This document shows, piece after piece, positions 10,400 to 19,729 of a DNA stretch of 40,528 nucleotides. The number at the start of each line of letters is the position of its first letter. Position 1 is the stretch's first letter. The notes below the pieces were generated by a model, which saw only the letters and a program-made list of their open reading frames with translations, was not told the DNA's origin and made no database searches. This DNA is from Trichomonas gallinae (lineage: Eukaryota). The position numbers were made by a program, and so were the translations under genes. The stretch spans positions 1-40,528 of the forward strand of contig MRSU01006691.1 in NCBI GenBank assembly GCA_008369845.1. Direction: 5' to 3'.

Positions 10400-12379
10400 A
10401 TGCTATTTTATCTTATAAATGCAATAATAGCTGCTGCAGAACAGCCACTTTATCTTACTCCAAGAACTACTAAGTACTACACTACGCCCAATATTCCAGT
10501 TTGGGATATCGATATCGAACAATTTGAACAAGTTTTACTTGCTAAACCAGCAGATGGCGCCAAAGTCAAGATTGTTTTGCCTGATTACAACACTGAGTAT
10601 CAAGAATACGAAATTGAGCAAGTTCCGTTATTTGAATTTGCGACAAGGAAGAAGTATCCAGGTAAATTGTTTGCATTTCGAGGAAATAAAGTTGGCAACA
10701 AAGAAGAACTATCGAAATGGATCCAGGTAAATTGTTTACTGCTTCCAATCATTGAAAGTTTATTACGTTGATCATGAAGAAACTATCGAAATGGATCAAA
10801 AACCAAATGGTATTACTATATATGTACCTTTTAGACGTACTAACGCGCGTTCACTTAAAGAACAAAATTTAACTGATAAACTTCAGCATAAGCATTTCTG
10901 CCATGTTCATAGAGAGGCTGGATCGCAGCTGCCAGATCCGGGCTTGTCATTTAATACAGACTTCGATAAATTTATGGATGATATCAAAGTTTTCAAATTT
11001 CTTCCTTTTCCAACTAGATCATATTCCAAAGCCCTAAACACAGCAAAAGGCTTACAATTAGATGGACTTAGTGATGATGTTTTTAGCTCTACAGCCCTTT
11101 ATGTCCTTTATTTGAATACAATCTATCTCCCAGTTCTCTCCACTCGTTTCGAAATGCAATTAGACTTAAATATGACTACTCTTCAATAAGAATCGCAAGA
11201 AGCAAAGAATAAATCTTGATCCCTCCAAAACCAAAGACTACGATATTGATAATAAAGTCTTGGATTTCGCAAGCAACTATTTTGATTTGAAAGATATCGA
11301 TCTTAGCGTAATGTTCGCAAACGGTCTTTCACAGGGCTTGGCTGTTCTCAAAGGTATGACTCCAAACAATCCTAAAAGGGCTGGAGCCTATGTTCTTGAT
11401 TGGTTCGTAGAATGTAGACAGTTCCCAATTATTCTTGCTCACGAAATCGGCCACATGTTAGGTACTGACCATGCATTCCAATATGAATATCCTGTTCGAC
11501 AAAACGTCATGGAGGCAACAGAAGTCGGTTCTGGCGTTACTATTATGTCTTATCCAGGAAGAACGACATTTGATGATGTCCTAAAGGATAATCTTCCTTA
11601 TTTCACATGGACGTCAAGCAAGCTCATGATTCAGACCCTCCTTGAGAATGATCAGATCAAGACCGTTCTGAAGAAGAACAGGAAGCCAGTCATTGGAAAC
11701 ATGAAATATCGTTATTATATTCCAACTGGTACAGCTTTCTTACTCAATGGAACTGCAACTGATCCTGATGATGATGTTCTTTATTATCTTTGGGAACAGT
11801 CGGATCCATTTACTCAATTAGTCAACCATGGCTCTTTCGGTCCAAATTTGGAATCTGGCGCTCTGATATGTAACTACGAACCGGTCCTTGAATCGCACAG
11901 ATTTGTCCCAAGACTTGATAGAATCAAAGCTGGAAAATTGACGGATTCGGCACCAAATATAGAGGCATGGGAAACTGTTGCTAACGTGCCAAGAAACATC
12001 ACCATGGCTTTTGTTGTTCGCGACAGAAAACTATTGAGCGGCGAAGCTGGAAACACTGCTGTTAAGATTGTAGAGCTAAAAACCGTCCAAAGCGAACCAT
12101 TCAAGATCTCATCATTCAGCCATTCAGAAACATTGAGTCGAGGATCAACGCACACTATCTATTGGACTGTCGGAAGTACTGCAGGTGAATAAATTAATAC
12201 GAAGACTGTAACTATTAAGTTCGCAGTTGATGGTGAACACTTTGATCATGTTCTAGCTCAAGGTGTTCCAAATACTGGTTACAATGCCATCAATAGCTAC
12301 AACACAAGGAAGAATTATGATCCAAGGCGATGATAATATATTCATTGCTATCAACACAGGAGATATTACACTGAATTAA
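10400..12379 (+). pseudogene. Fragmented secreted reprolysin-like (M12B-like metzincin) zinc metallopeptidase of bacterial type
   Basis: Signal-like N-terminus MLFYLINAIIAAA, zinc motif HEIGHMLGTDH (HEXXHXXGXXH), Met-turn GSGVTIMSY, then IPTGTAFLLNGTATDPDDDVLYYLWEQ, AFVVRD and VLAQGVPNTG. Breaks: frameshift at about 10703-10737, frameshift/stop at about 11176-11189, in-frame TAA at 12190-12192, frameshift at about 12281. The final frame MPSIATTQGRIMIQGDDNIFIAINTGDITLN ends at TAA 12379. Confidence 0.85.
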
Positions 12380-12430
12380 TAATTGTTTACAAGCTATGTA
12401 TCATTCTAGAGTAAATTAATGCATGTATAT

Positions 12431-12628
12431 TTAAGAATCACAAAATATAGCAATGTGCTTGAAATCAGGAACTGTGAGAGGGAGTTTGACAGCTTCATGA
12501 TGACCATAAATTGAAGCACAAATCAAAGCTGTATCATTGATAATAGTTTTTGCATTGACATTTATTCCAGGAACTGTGAGAAGGAATTTGACATCTTCAT
12601 GATGACCATATCTTGAAGCTAAAATCAA
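12431..12628 (-). pseudogene. Ankyrin-repeat gene fragment (about 2 repeats, no ATG start)
   Basis: LILASRYGHHEDVKFLLTVPGINVN and TALICASIYGHHEAVKLPLTVP. Two DNA copies 102 bp apart (caggaactgtgaga at 12466 and 12568). Confidence 0.75.
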
Positions 12629-13075
12629 AGGTTGATCAACATTAAAAATTGCGTTTTGAGGATAAAAATTAGAACATAATCATATTTCTTATAGAACAAA
12701 CCGAAGATATTGCTTCAAATGTTACAATGAGATAAAATTATTTATTACATTCTATTAGACATCAAAACGTTACTTTTGATTTACAAGTATTCAATTCTTA
12801 TGAAATAATGATATCAATACTTTCACTATCCCGCTGAAAAATAGCATCCCTATGATGTGTATATATTACTGTATAAATATGGCGTTTCAATTTTAAGGTT
12901 TTTGGTTCAGGCTCTTCTGAAACAATACTTAAAAAATATTAAAGATATTTCCAAAATTTTTCAATATTTAGTCATTATTCATTATAAAGATTTGATATTT
13001 ATACTCAAAAACACATAAAATAAAGAAAATTTATCGGTAACAAAAAATATTCGTTATTTTTCGAAAAAAAACTCG

Positions 13076-14950
13076 ATGGCGCAGGTTGAAGACGACATTG
13101 AAGAACCAGAAATATACGATGATGAGCAAGAGGACCTTCCACCAAAATTCCCTAAAGTGTCAGCTTCCGCAGAAGTTAAGCTAAATAAGCAAGAAAATAA
13201 AAATTCACTTTCAGCAAGCGGACTTAGCGACATACAGAATGTTCGTGCAGAACTAACTTCACAAGTACAAATCATGCAACAACAACAAGAAGTAAAAATG
13301 CATTCTTTAGAATCACAAATTAATGAAATGGAAAAGAAATTACAACCTGATATTCAAAAACTCGAGCATTCCCAGGAGGAAGCTAAAAATCAACTCAATA
13401 GAGTTCGTGATCGAATCGCACAAATGGAAAATGAAGATATCAACCCATTGCAGCGCCAATATGATGCTTTAGCTGCTAATTTCGAAAGGTTTGTTAGAAT
13501 GGACGTCGAAAATAAACTTAAACCGATGCAAGATGATGTTAAAGCAAGTAAAGCAAAATTAGCAGATTTAACAGCAGCAACAGACACAAACATGGCAAGA
13601 TTAGATGAATCTATCAAAGCAATTGCCGAAAAAGTCGAAACTACATCAGATAATCTCAAAAATCAACGATCAAAAATTTCATCTCAGTTTGACGAGCTTG
13701 TTCCTAAAGTTGGACAATTGGAACATAAAGTTCAGCTCTTAAGCAACCTTATTGAAGACTCTCCACAGATCAGCGCTGGAACATCAGGACTTAAAACACA
13801 ATTAAACAAAACACAGCAAATTCTCACGAATCTCACAGAAGAAGTCATTCCAACAAGAATTAATGAGACTAAGGATCAGTTTGAAGATGCTATAAACCAA
13901 TTAAATGAATATTGTAAAAAGCGAATTTCAGATATTTCAGTAAAACTCGATCAGCTCAAGAAAGAGAACGAAGCAGTCACAGAAAACAGGCGCAAAGCCC
14001 ACGAAACTATGACAACATTAATACAAAGCTCACAAGATACAAAAGAAAAACTCAAAAATTTGCAAGACACCATAAAGTCGCGAATATCTAAGCTAAACTC
14101 AGAGATGGAGGCCTCACTCAATGCCACGTCAGAGAGCGCGAAGGACCTCAACTCTGAGTCCCAAAACGGAGAAACAGCAATAACAGCAGACGTTGATGAA
14201 GAAGTTTCAAACAGGAAGAAACAAGTAATGCTTGCGATAAGAAAACTCCAAGAAAACATGAAGAGAGACTTCGGTCACGCGGAACGAGCACAGACTCAGT
14301 CTCTTCAGAAACTCAACGAAATCAAGGATTCCATAGAAGGAGAACATAATTGCGTCGGCAGATTGAAAGACGTGAGAATGAAACTAAAAACAGCCATCGA
14401 AACAATACAAACATATAATGCGGCGCGAATTGAAGACGACCAGAACGGAATTTCGCCTCTACAGATAGGCGCGAGGCTGCAGAACATAGAGAAGAGGCTG
14501 CTAGAGACAGAAGAAAGACTCGCGAAGTTGGACGGAAAGAAATCAAACGGAAAAGCTCCATATGTTATTAAAGTCGCTGTGGAAAAAATCGATCCGCTTC
14601 CTGAAGTTCCTAAACCTTCTTCCCTGCCTGGAGCGAGGAAGAGGAGACTGAGAAATGATGAAGAAGAGGACGAAGAAATGGTTTCGCAAAATGATAAATT
14701 ACAAAATAAAAAATCATCGCAAAAAGATGATGACAATAAATCTCAGAATGGAGAAACACCGGCACAGAAGGATAAAACGCCATCAAAAGATGATAATGAA
14801 TCGCAAAATGAAGAAACTCCACAAAAGAAGCCAAAAAAAGCTACCAATGATGATAATAAGTCTCAAAATGGAGAAAGTCCAGCAAAGAAGGATAAAACTC
14901 CAACAAAAGAAGATAATAATGAAAAAACTCCTCAAAAGAAGCCAAAATAA
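13076..14950 (+). CDS. Coiled-coil hypothetical protein with a K/D/N-rich repetitive C-terminal tail
   Basis: 624-aa ORF with long heptad-like helical runs and tail repeats DDNKSQNGETP. The repeat pattern continues past the TAA to 15019. Confidence 0.85.
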   Translation: MAQVEDDIEEPEIYDDEQEDLPPKFPKVSASAEVKLNKQENKNSLSASGLSDIQNVRAELTSQVQIMQQQQEVKMHSLESQINEMEKKLQPDIQKLEHSQEEAKNQLNRVRDRIAQMENEDINPLQRQYDALAANFERFVRMDVENKLKPMQDDVKASKAKLADLTAATDTNMARLDESIKAIAEKVETTSDNLKNQRSKISSQFDELVPKVGQLEHKVQLLSNLIEDSPQISAGTSGLKTQLNKTQQILTNLTEEVIPTRINETKDQFEDAINQLNEYCKKRISDISVKLDQLKKENEAVTENRRKAHETMTTLIQSSQDTKEKLKNLQDTIKSRISKLNSEMEASLNATSESAKDLNSESQNGETAITADVDEEVSNRKKQVMLAIRKLQENMKRDFGHAERAQTQSLQKLNEIKDSIEGEHNCVGRLKDVRMKLKTAIETIQTYNAARIEDDQNGISPLQIGARLQNIEKRLLETEERLAKLDGKKSNGKAPYVIKVAVEKIDPLPEVPKPSSLPGARKRRLRNDEEEDEEMVSQNDKLQNKKSSQKDDDNKSQNGETPAQKDKTPSKDDNESQNEETPQKKPKKATNDDNKSQNGESPAKKDKTPTKEDNNEKTPQKKPK

Positions 14951-15462
14951 CCTGCTAATGATGATGAAGATGAGCCTGTTGATAAACCGAAAAAGAACAA
15001 ACAAAAAACAGCTGAATAATATTGTTTCTTAATTATAACTTTTATATGATAAAAACTGTGTTTTCATTGTAATGTAATAATAAATATTTCTTTTTTCACA
15101 TACAAAATCATCCAAATTTTCCAATAATTAATTTGATATTTTTTAATTTTTCCATTTCTCAAAATTGGAAATCATTTTTGTAATATAACAGCTAAATTTG
15201 AAAATCTATTAATTTAAAGTGAACAATTAATAAATAAATAATTTCAAAAAATTTATTAAATCAAGCCTAAATATGATGTGAAATTAATTCCTTTTCCAAA
15301 TACTATCATGATTTTAATACTCGATTATTATAATTCATAAATTTCAGATTCAAAAAAAAATATATTCATGAATAAAATGTATTGAATTGGAGAAGAATTT
15401 GTGTGGTTACAAGAGTTTTGCTAAAAGAACATTTAGATATGGATAAAAATATAAAATACAAA

Positions 15463-16077
15463 TTAAAAGAAATTAGAACCGACAAGTTTCTGTGGAATCT
15501 GAGGTAATTTGAAAGTAATCTTTTTCGCAGGTTGTTGTTGGTTCGTATCTTCTTGCTTTTTAACAATTGTAGTGTTGATCAATTTGAATGGCAATTGGTC
15601 AACTTTTTCTGGGATCTCAACTAACTCTGTATCGAACAGTTCGATGAATTGCTCGTGCTGAGGGCTTGACTTAGCGTTTGTAAATCTTCGAAATTCGTCG
15701 AAAATCGCTGATAAGCTCCATCTTTGAAGGCGTCTTAAGCAGCCAATGACTGTTCCTGTTCTGTGACGACCGAGGTTGCACATAACAAGAATTGGATATG
15801 CTTTTGGATTGAGTAAAGAATGTAATGCATCAATAACTAACTGCTCTGATACGCGTTGTGTTACGGCTGTAGTTTCCTGTCCCGATATTTGTTTTAATTC
15901 TATGTTATGCTCTTTTAAAAATTCGAGAAATAAAACTGATGGTGCATCCAATGGTAAATAAATTACAGTTTTGAGATGCAATGTCTGTAGGAATGGAAAG
16001 TTCATATCACTTGGCACGGCTGACCTATATAAATCAGGCTCGACGTAGCCAAAGTTTGGTGGTGGAATCAAAGTCAT
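15463..16077 (-). CDS. OCA1: Atypical dual-specificity/tyrosine phosphatase of the Siw14/OCA (PFA-DSP) family, OCA1-like
   Basis: N-terminal PPPNFGYVEPDLYRS, intact CX5R loop CNLGRHRTG, and GCLRRLQRWSLSAIFDEFRRF...EQFIELFD. Confidence 0.9.
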   Translation of the reverse strand: MTLIPPPNFGYVEPDLYRSAVPSDMNFPFLQTLHLKTVIYLPLDAPSVLFLEFLKEHNIELKQISGQETTAVTQRVSEQLVIDALHSLLNPKAYPILVMCNLGRHRTGTVIGCLRRLQRWSLSAIFDEFRRFTNAKSSPQHEQFIELFDTELVEIPEKVDQLPFKLINTTIVKKQEDTNQQQPAKKITFKLPQIPQKLVGSNFF

Positions 16078-16111
16078 TAATATATTTTTGTCAAAACCGT
16101 ATATTTACAAA

Positions 16112-16576
16112 ATTATTTGACAGTTTACGTGTCAATAAATTTCAGCACTTAACCAAAAATTTACTTGTCAAATTTCGATATTTACATGACAGTTTATATG
16201 TCAGTATTATCTTATCTTTACATGGCAAACTGGTTATTTACATGTCAAATATACTCGAATTGAATAATTTATATGTCAAAATTACTAATTTCCATGATTA
16301 GCAAATTAGAAGTAGGAAGTGAGAAGATTCTTACATGAATTTTCCCCATATTTGGAATGTATGTAGGTATATCCTTTATGATAAATATTATAGAAAATCT
16401 TAAGCAATTTGAGCAAGTTACATGTTTATTTTTAAATTGTAATATGATTTTGAAATTTTTATTTGTCAAATTATTGATATTGAAATGTTTATTTGTCAAA
16501 TTGTAAGATAATTTACGTGGCATATAATTTATTAATTGAATATTTTACATGTCAATTATTATTGATTTACGTGTCA
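16112..16576 (+). repeat. Cluster A of the co-oriented 11-bp motif TTTAYDTGDCA (12 exact matches)
   Basis: Matches start at 16124, 16160, 16181, 16193, 16217, 16237, 16268, 16458, 16488, 16512, 16544 and 16566, all on the + strand, with a near match at 16112. Confidence 0.9.
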
Positions 16577-16592
16577 ATTGTCAGAATCGAAT

Positions 16593-18671
16593 ATGGATGA
16601 CAAAGCATTGCATCAGTCGATTTCACAGATAAACATGGATCAGGAATTGTCTTTAGGAAGTACTTGGGTGACTTTCGAGGCAAACTCTGGTCAAATCAAT
16701 ATATTTCTTGTTTTAACTGAATTCAACTTATATTTATTCAACAAAGACGACAAAAACGACAAAATGAACATATTTGGTGTGTACTCATTGTTTGATATCA
16801 AAACAATTGAAATTCCTAATATGTCGAATTTTTCAATTTCATTTGCAGATAAATACTTGAAATTTTCTGGTGAGGACATTGCGTTCTTTCCAGATTTAAT
16901 ACATAAACAGCTTTTGCTTCTTCTATTACCCATCGAAATGCCAACAATTAAAGGAAAAGTTTCAAAACCAGGTACAAACATGAAACACAATGTAAAATAT
17001 ATGTCTGTTTTACTCAGACTTCGTGGCAAGCTGAAATTAATTAACAGATATCCGCCTCAACAATTTATCGACGATTTACAAGCATATCTTAAGACAGAAC
17101 CGTCAGAATTCGTTGTAAATCAGTTCAAAGATATTGATAATTACATAGATTCTATTCTAGAAGCGGTTGAAATTGAGCCAATGATTATTAGTTTAAATTT
17201 CACAGGGAAACAAGTATTAAATCACTGGAATAATCTTTCGGTTTTCATCAGAAATAACACTACTATACAGAAAATTGTGATTTCGGAGGAAATCAACAGA
17301 GGATTTATCGAATTTTGCGCATCACTCTCCAAAAACTCAAATTCGAAGCTGAAAAGAATAGAATTCAAGAATGTTTCTTTTTCACCAGAACATATTGAAG
17401 CATTAGACAAAGCAACGCAAAAGCATCCATTTTTATATTTAATGTTCGATTCTTGCAATTTTACTGATTCAGCACAAAAGCTTACCAATCTTATAGTCAA
17501 TAACACTGAGTCAAGCAGCAATTTGATATCATTGCATATGTCTTCGATAAATCTCAGCAAAATTGACATTGGGAGCTCAATTCGCAATCTTCAGTATGTA
17601 TCATTGCGTGGATGTTGCATAGAAATCTCATCATTATTTGAAAATTTCAAAAATACGAAAATAATTTTTGCTGATTTTTCAAACAATCGATGTTCAGTTC
17701 CTTTGAGTGATTCTATGTCATTTCCATCAACATTAGTTCATCTATGTTTGAATGACATCGCTTGGTCAGGCTCCAGTCTTGCTATGATTTTTAATTCAGC
17801 TGGAAATTGTAAACTTCATATGAGTCTATCAGTTGCTAATGCTCAGATGCTTGAAGACGACTGGATATCATTCTTCAATCTCATTGAATTAACACCAAGT
17901 TCCAATTTCCATTCTATCTGCTGGCATAGAAATCCAATCCACTACAAGCTTTGCCGATTTTTCGCAAGATTAAAGCACCTCAAATTCCTTTCACTCTCTG
18001 GATGTAAGATTCCTTCTGATGGTTGCGTACAAAAATTAATTTCTAGTTCTAAATCTCTCAGTTTCATTGATATTCATGGAACAAACGATTCAAAACTCGG
18101 TAATGAAATCATATCTATACTTAGATCGTTCAAAAATTCAAAAGTTGAATCGATTGATATTTCTAACAATAATATTCCTTCTCTTGCTGTTCCAATGATA
18201 GCTGACCTAATAATGTCTCCTACAAAACAATTTATCATATGTAATTTAGAAAATCTCGATATGACAAATTATTCATCAATATTAAATAATCAAGAATTAA
18301 AATCCAAGACGTTGACGACGACGTTTAATGACTACGCATATGGAAGCTTCGTGCAGAGCACAACTCAGTTATTTGTAATTGAAGATTCTGAATTCATTGT
18401 TCAATATTGTAAGAACGACACATCATTGCCGATCCCAGATGAGCCAGAATACCAAATTGTGAAGGGTGCATTCTTGTTCGGAAAAGATTTCTGGGATATC
18501 AACAAAATTGAGCACTTGAAGAAGAAATTCTCAAACTCAGAACGCCAAGTTATATCTTGGGACTTGAATCTCTCGGAATTGCGGATGATTGACACTAATT
18601 CCTTCATCCAAGAACTAGAAAACAACTTCGATTTAGAAACATTAGGAAAGAAACTTAGAAACTGCTGGTGA
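16593..18671 (+). CDS. Leucine-rich repeat (RI-like) protein with a possible N-terminal PH-like domain (CARMIL-like architecture)
   Basis: LRR segments such as LKFLSLSGC, VESIDISNNNI and LQYVSLRGC. Beta-rich N-terminus (IFLVLTEFNLYLF...FDIKTIEI). First ATG at 16593. Confidence 0.75.
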   Translation: MDDKALHQSISQINMDQELSLGSTWVTFEANSGQINIFLVLTEFNLYLFNKDDKNDKMNIFGVYSLFDIKTIEIPNMSNFSISFADKYLKFSGEDIAFFPDLIHKQLLLLLLPIEMPTIKGKVSKPGTNMKHNVKYMSVLLRLRGKLKLINRYPPQQFIDDLQAYLKTEPSEFVVNQFKDIDNYIDSILEAVEIEPMIISLNFTGKQVLNHWNNLSVFIRNNTTIQKIVISEEINRGFIEFCASLSKNSNSKLKRIEFKNVSFSPEHIEALDKATQKHPFLYLMFDSCNFTDSAQKLTNLIVNNTESSSNLISLHMSSINLSKIDIGSSIRNLQYVSLRGCCIEISSLFENFKNTKIIFADFSNNRCSVPLSDSMSFPSTLVHLCLNDIAWSGSSLAMIFNSAGNCKLHMSLSVANAQMLEDDWISFFNLIELTPSSNFHSICWHRNPIHYKLCRFFARLKHLKFLSLSGCKIPSDGCVQKLISSSKSLSFIDIHGTNDSKLGNEIISILRSFKNSKVESIDISNNNIPSLAVPMIADLIMSPTKQFIICNLENLDMTNYSSILNNQELKSKTLTTTFNDYAYGSFVQSTTQLFVIEDSEFIVQYCKNDTSLPIPDEPEYQIVKGAFLFGKDFWDINKIEHLKKKFSNSERQVISWDLNLSELRMIDTNSFIQELENNFDLETLGKKLRNCW

Positions 18672-18896
18672 AATATTTATACTATTTTTGTTTGTTTGTT
18701 CGTAAAATATTCATTTGTAAAATAATACGATGATACAAAGAGTTAATTTTCTATGTAATCATCTGTTGAGATTAATTATAAAGAAAACTTATAACATGAT
18801 GATAAATTTCAGAGTTTGAATGTTTTTGATAAATTTCATATGCAATGCTTGACTATCATCGTTTATATGATGTCGAAACACTTTTGCCTAATGTCT

Positions 18897-19346
18897 TTAT
18901 ATAATTGTTTTTATTGAAGCCAATTCTTCGTAATCATATATTGGAGGACGGTGATACTCGTCAGCTTCATTGACTTTTGAACCATGCTCTACCAGTTTTG
19001 CTTCATTGACTTCAACACCATTTCCCCATGCAGCATCAAATAATGGAGTTCTGTCATCTTCGTCTTTTGCTTCAAGATCTGCACCAAGCTCTACCAATTT
19101 TGTAATGGCTTCAACACTATTACGCTTTGCATCTTCAAATAATAGAGTTCGTAAATGCTCGTCAGCTGCATTGACATTTGCACCAAATTCAATCAACTTT
19201 GCGATGGCTTCAGCATTATCTTTACTTGCAGCTTCCATTAATGGAGTTTTGCCATAATCGTTAGGTCTTTCGATATCTAAACCAAGTTCTACTAATTTTG
19301 CAATGAGATCAACATTATTTGCGCTTGCAGCTTTAAATAATAGCAT
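18897..19346 (-). pseudogene. Short or truncated ankyrin-repeat ORF (about 4 repeats), likely a relic
   Basis: GKTPLMEAASKDNAEAIAKLIEFGANVN repeats. The ATG falls inside a repeat, and the upstream frame reads NIEDIDSR back to a TAA. The last repeat is degenerate. Confidence 0.65.
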
Positions 19347-19454
19347 TCTACTATCAATGTCCTCTATATTTTAAATATCGATATTCAAAGCTAAACTTAA
19401 ACTGTAATTAATAAGTTCTTGGATTTGAAAATCAATTCTATCTAATGACAAAAC

Positions 19455-19595
19455 AGTCATGTAAATGTTTTTCTGTCATTGTAATGTTTTTGAATCATTT
19501 TGCCATGTAGATTGTTTTCTGTAAGTGTAAAGTATATACATAGTTTTGTCATGTAAATATTTTTCTGTCAGTGTAAAGTCTTTACATTATGTCAT
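19455..19595 (-). repeat. Cluster B: three degenerate 46-bp tandem units, each with two copies of the TTTAYDTGDCA-like motif on the minus strand
   Basis: agtcatgtaaa 19455, tgccatgtaga 19501 and tgtcatgtaaa 19547 (period 46). tgtcattgtaa 19474, tgtaagtgtaaa 19520 and tgtcagtgtaaa 19566 (period 46). Confidence 0.85.
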
Positions 19596-19729
19596 TTTTC
19601 TTTAACGTACAAAAAATAATTCTTTCAAATTCGAAAATTTTTAGTTTTTTCGCCATAATATAGTCAAAGGGTTCCATTTCTCCAATAAAAACTACTTTAC
19701 ATTTCACCTCATAAAAAATATAAAAAAAA

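Noticed and set aside
10727..10758. Possible short GT...AG intron repairing the protease frameshift
   Set aside because: It has no CTAAC branch motif, and removing these 32 nt does not join the two coding frames.
11187..14950. TAA/TAG reassignment to an amino acid, suggested by TAA codons at 11187, 12190 and 14948 with coding-like sequence after them
   Set aside because: Conserved genes clearly terminate at TAA, including both Rabs immediately after their CRC/CC motifs and the CDP-diacylglycerol synthase. Long ORFs contain no internal TAA.
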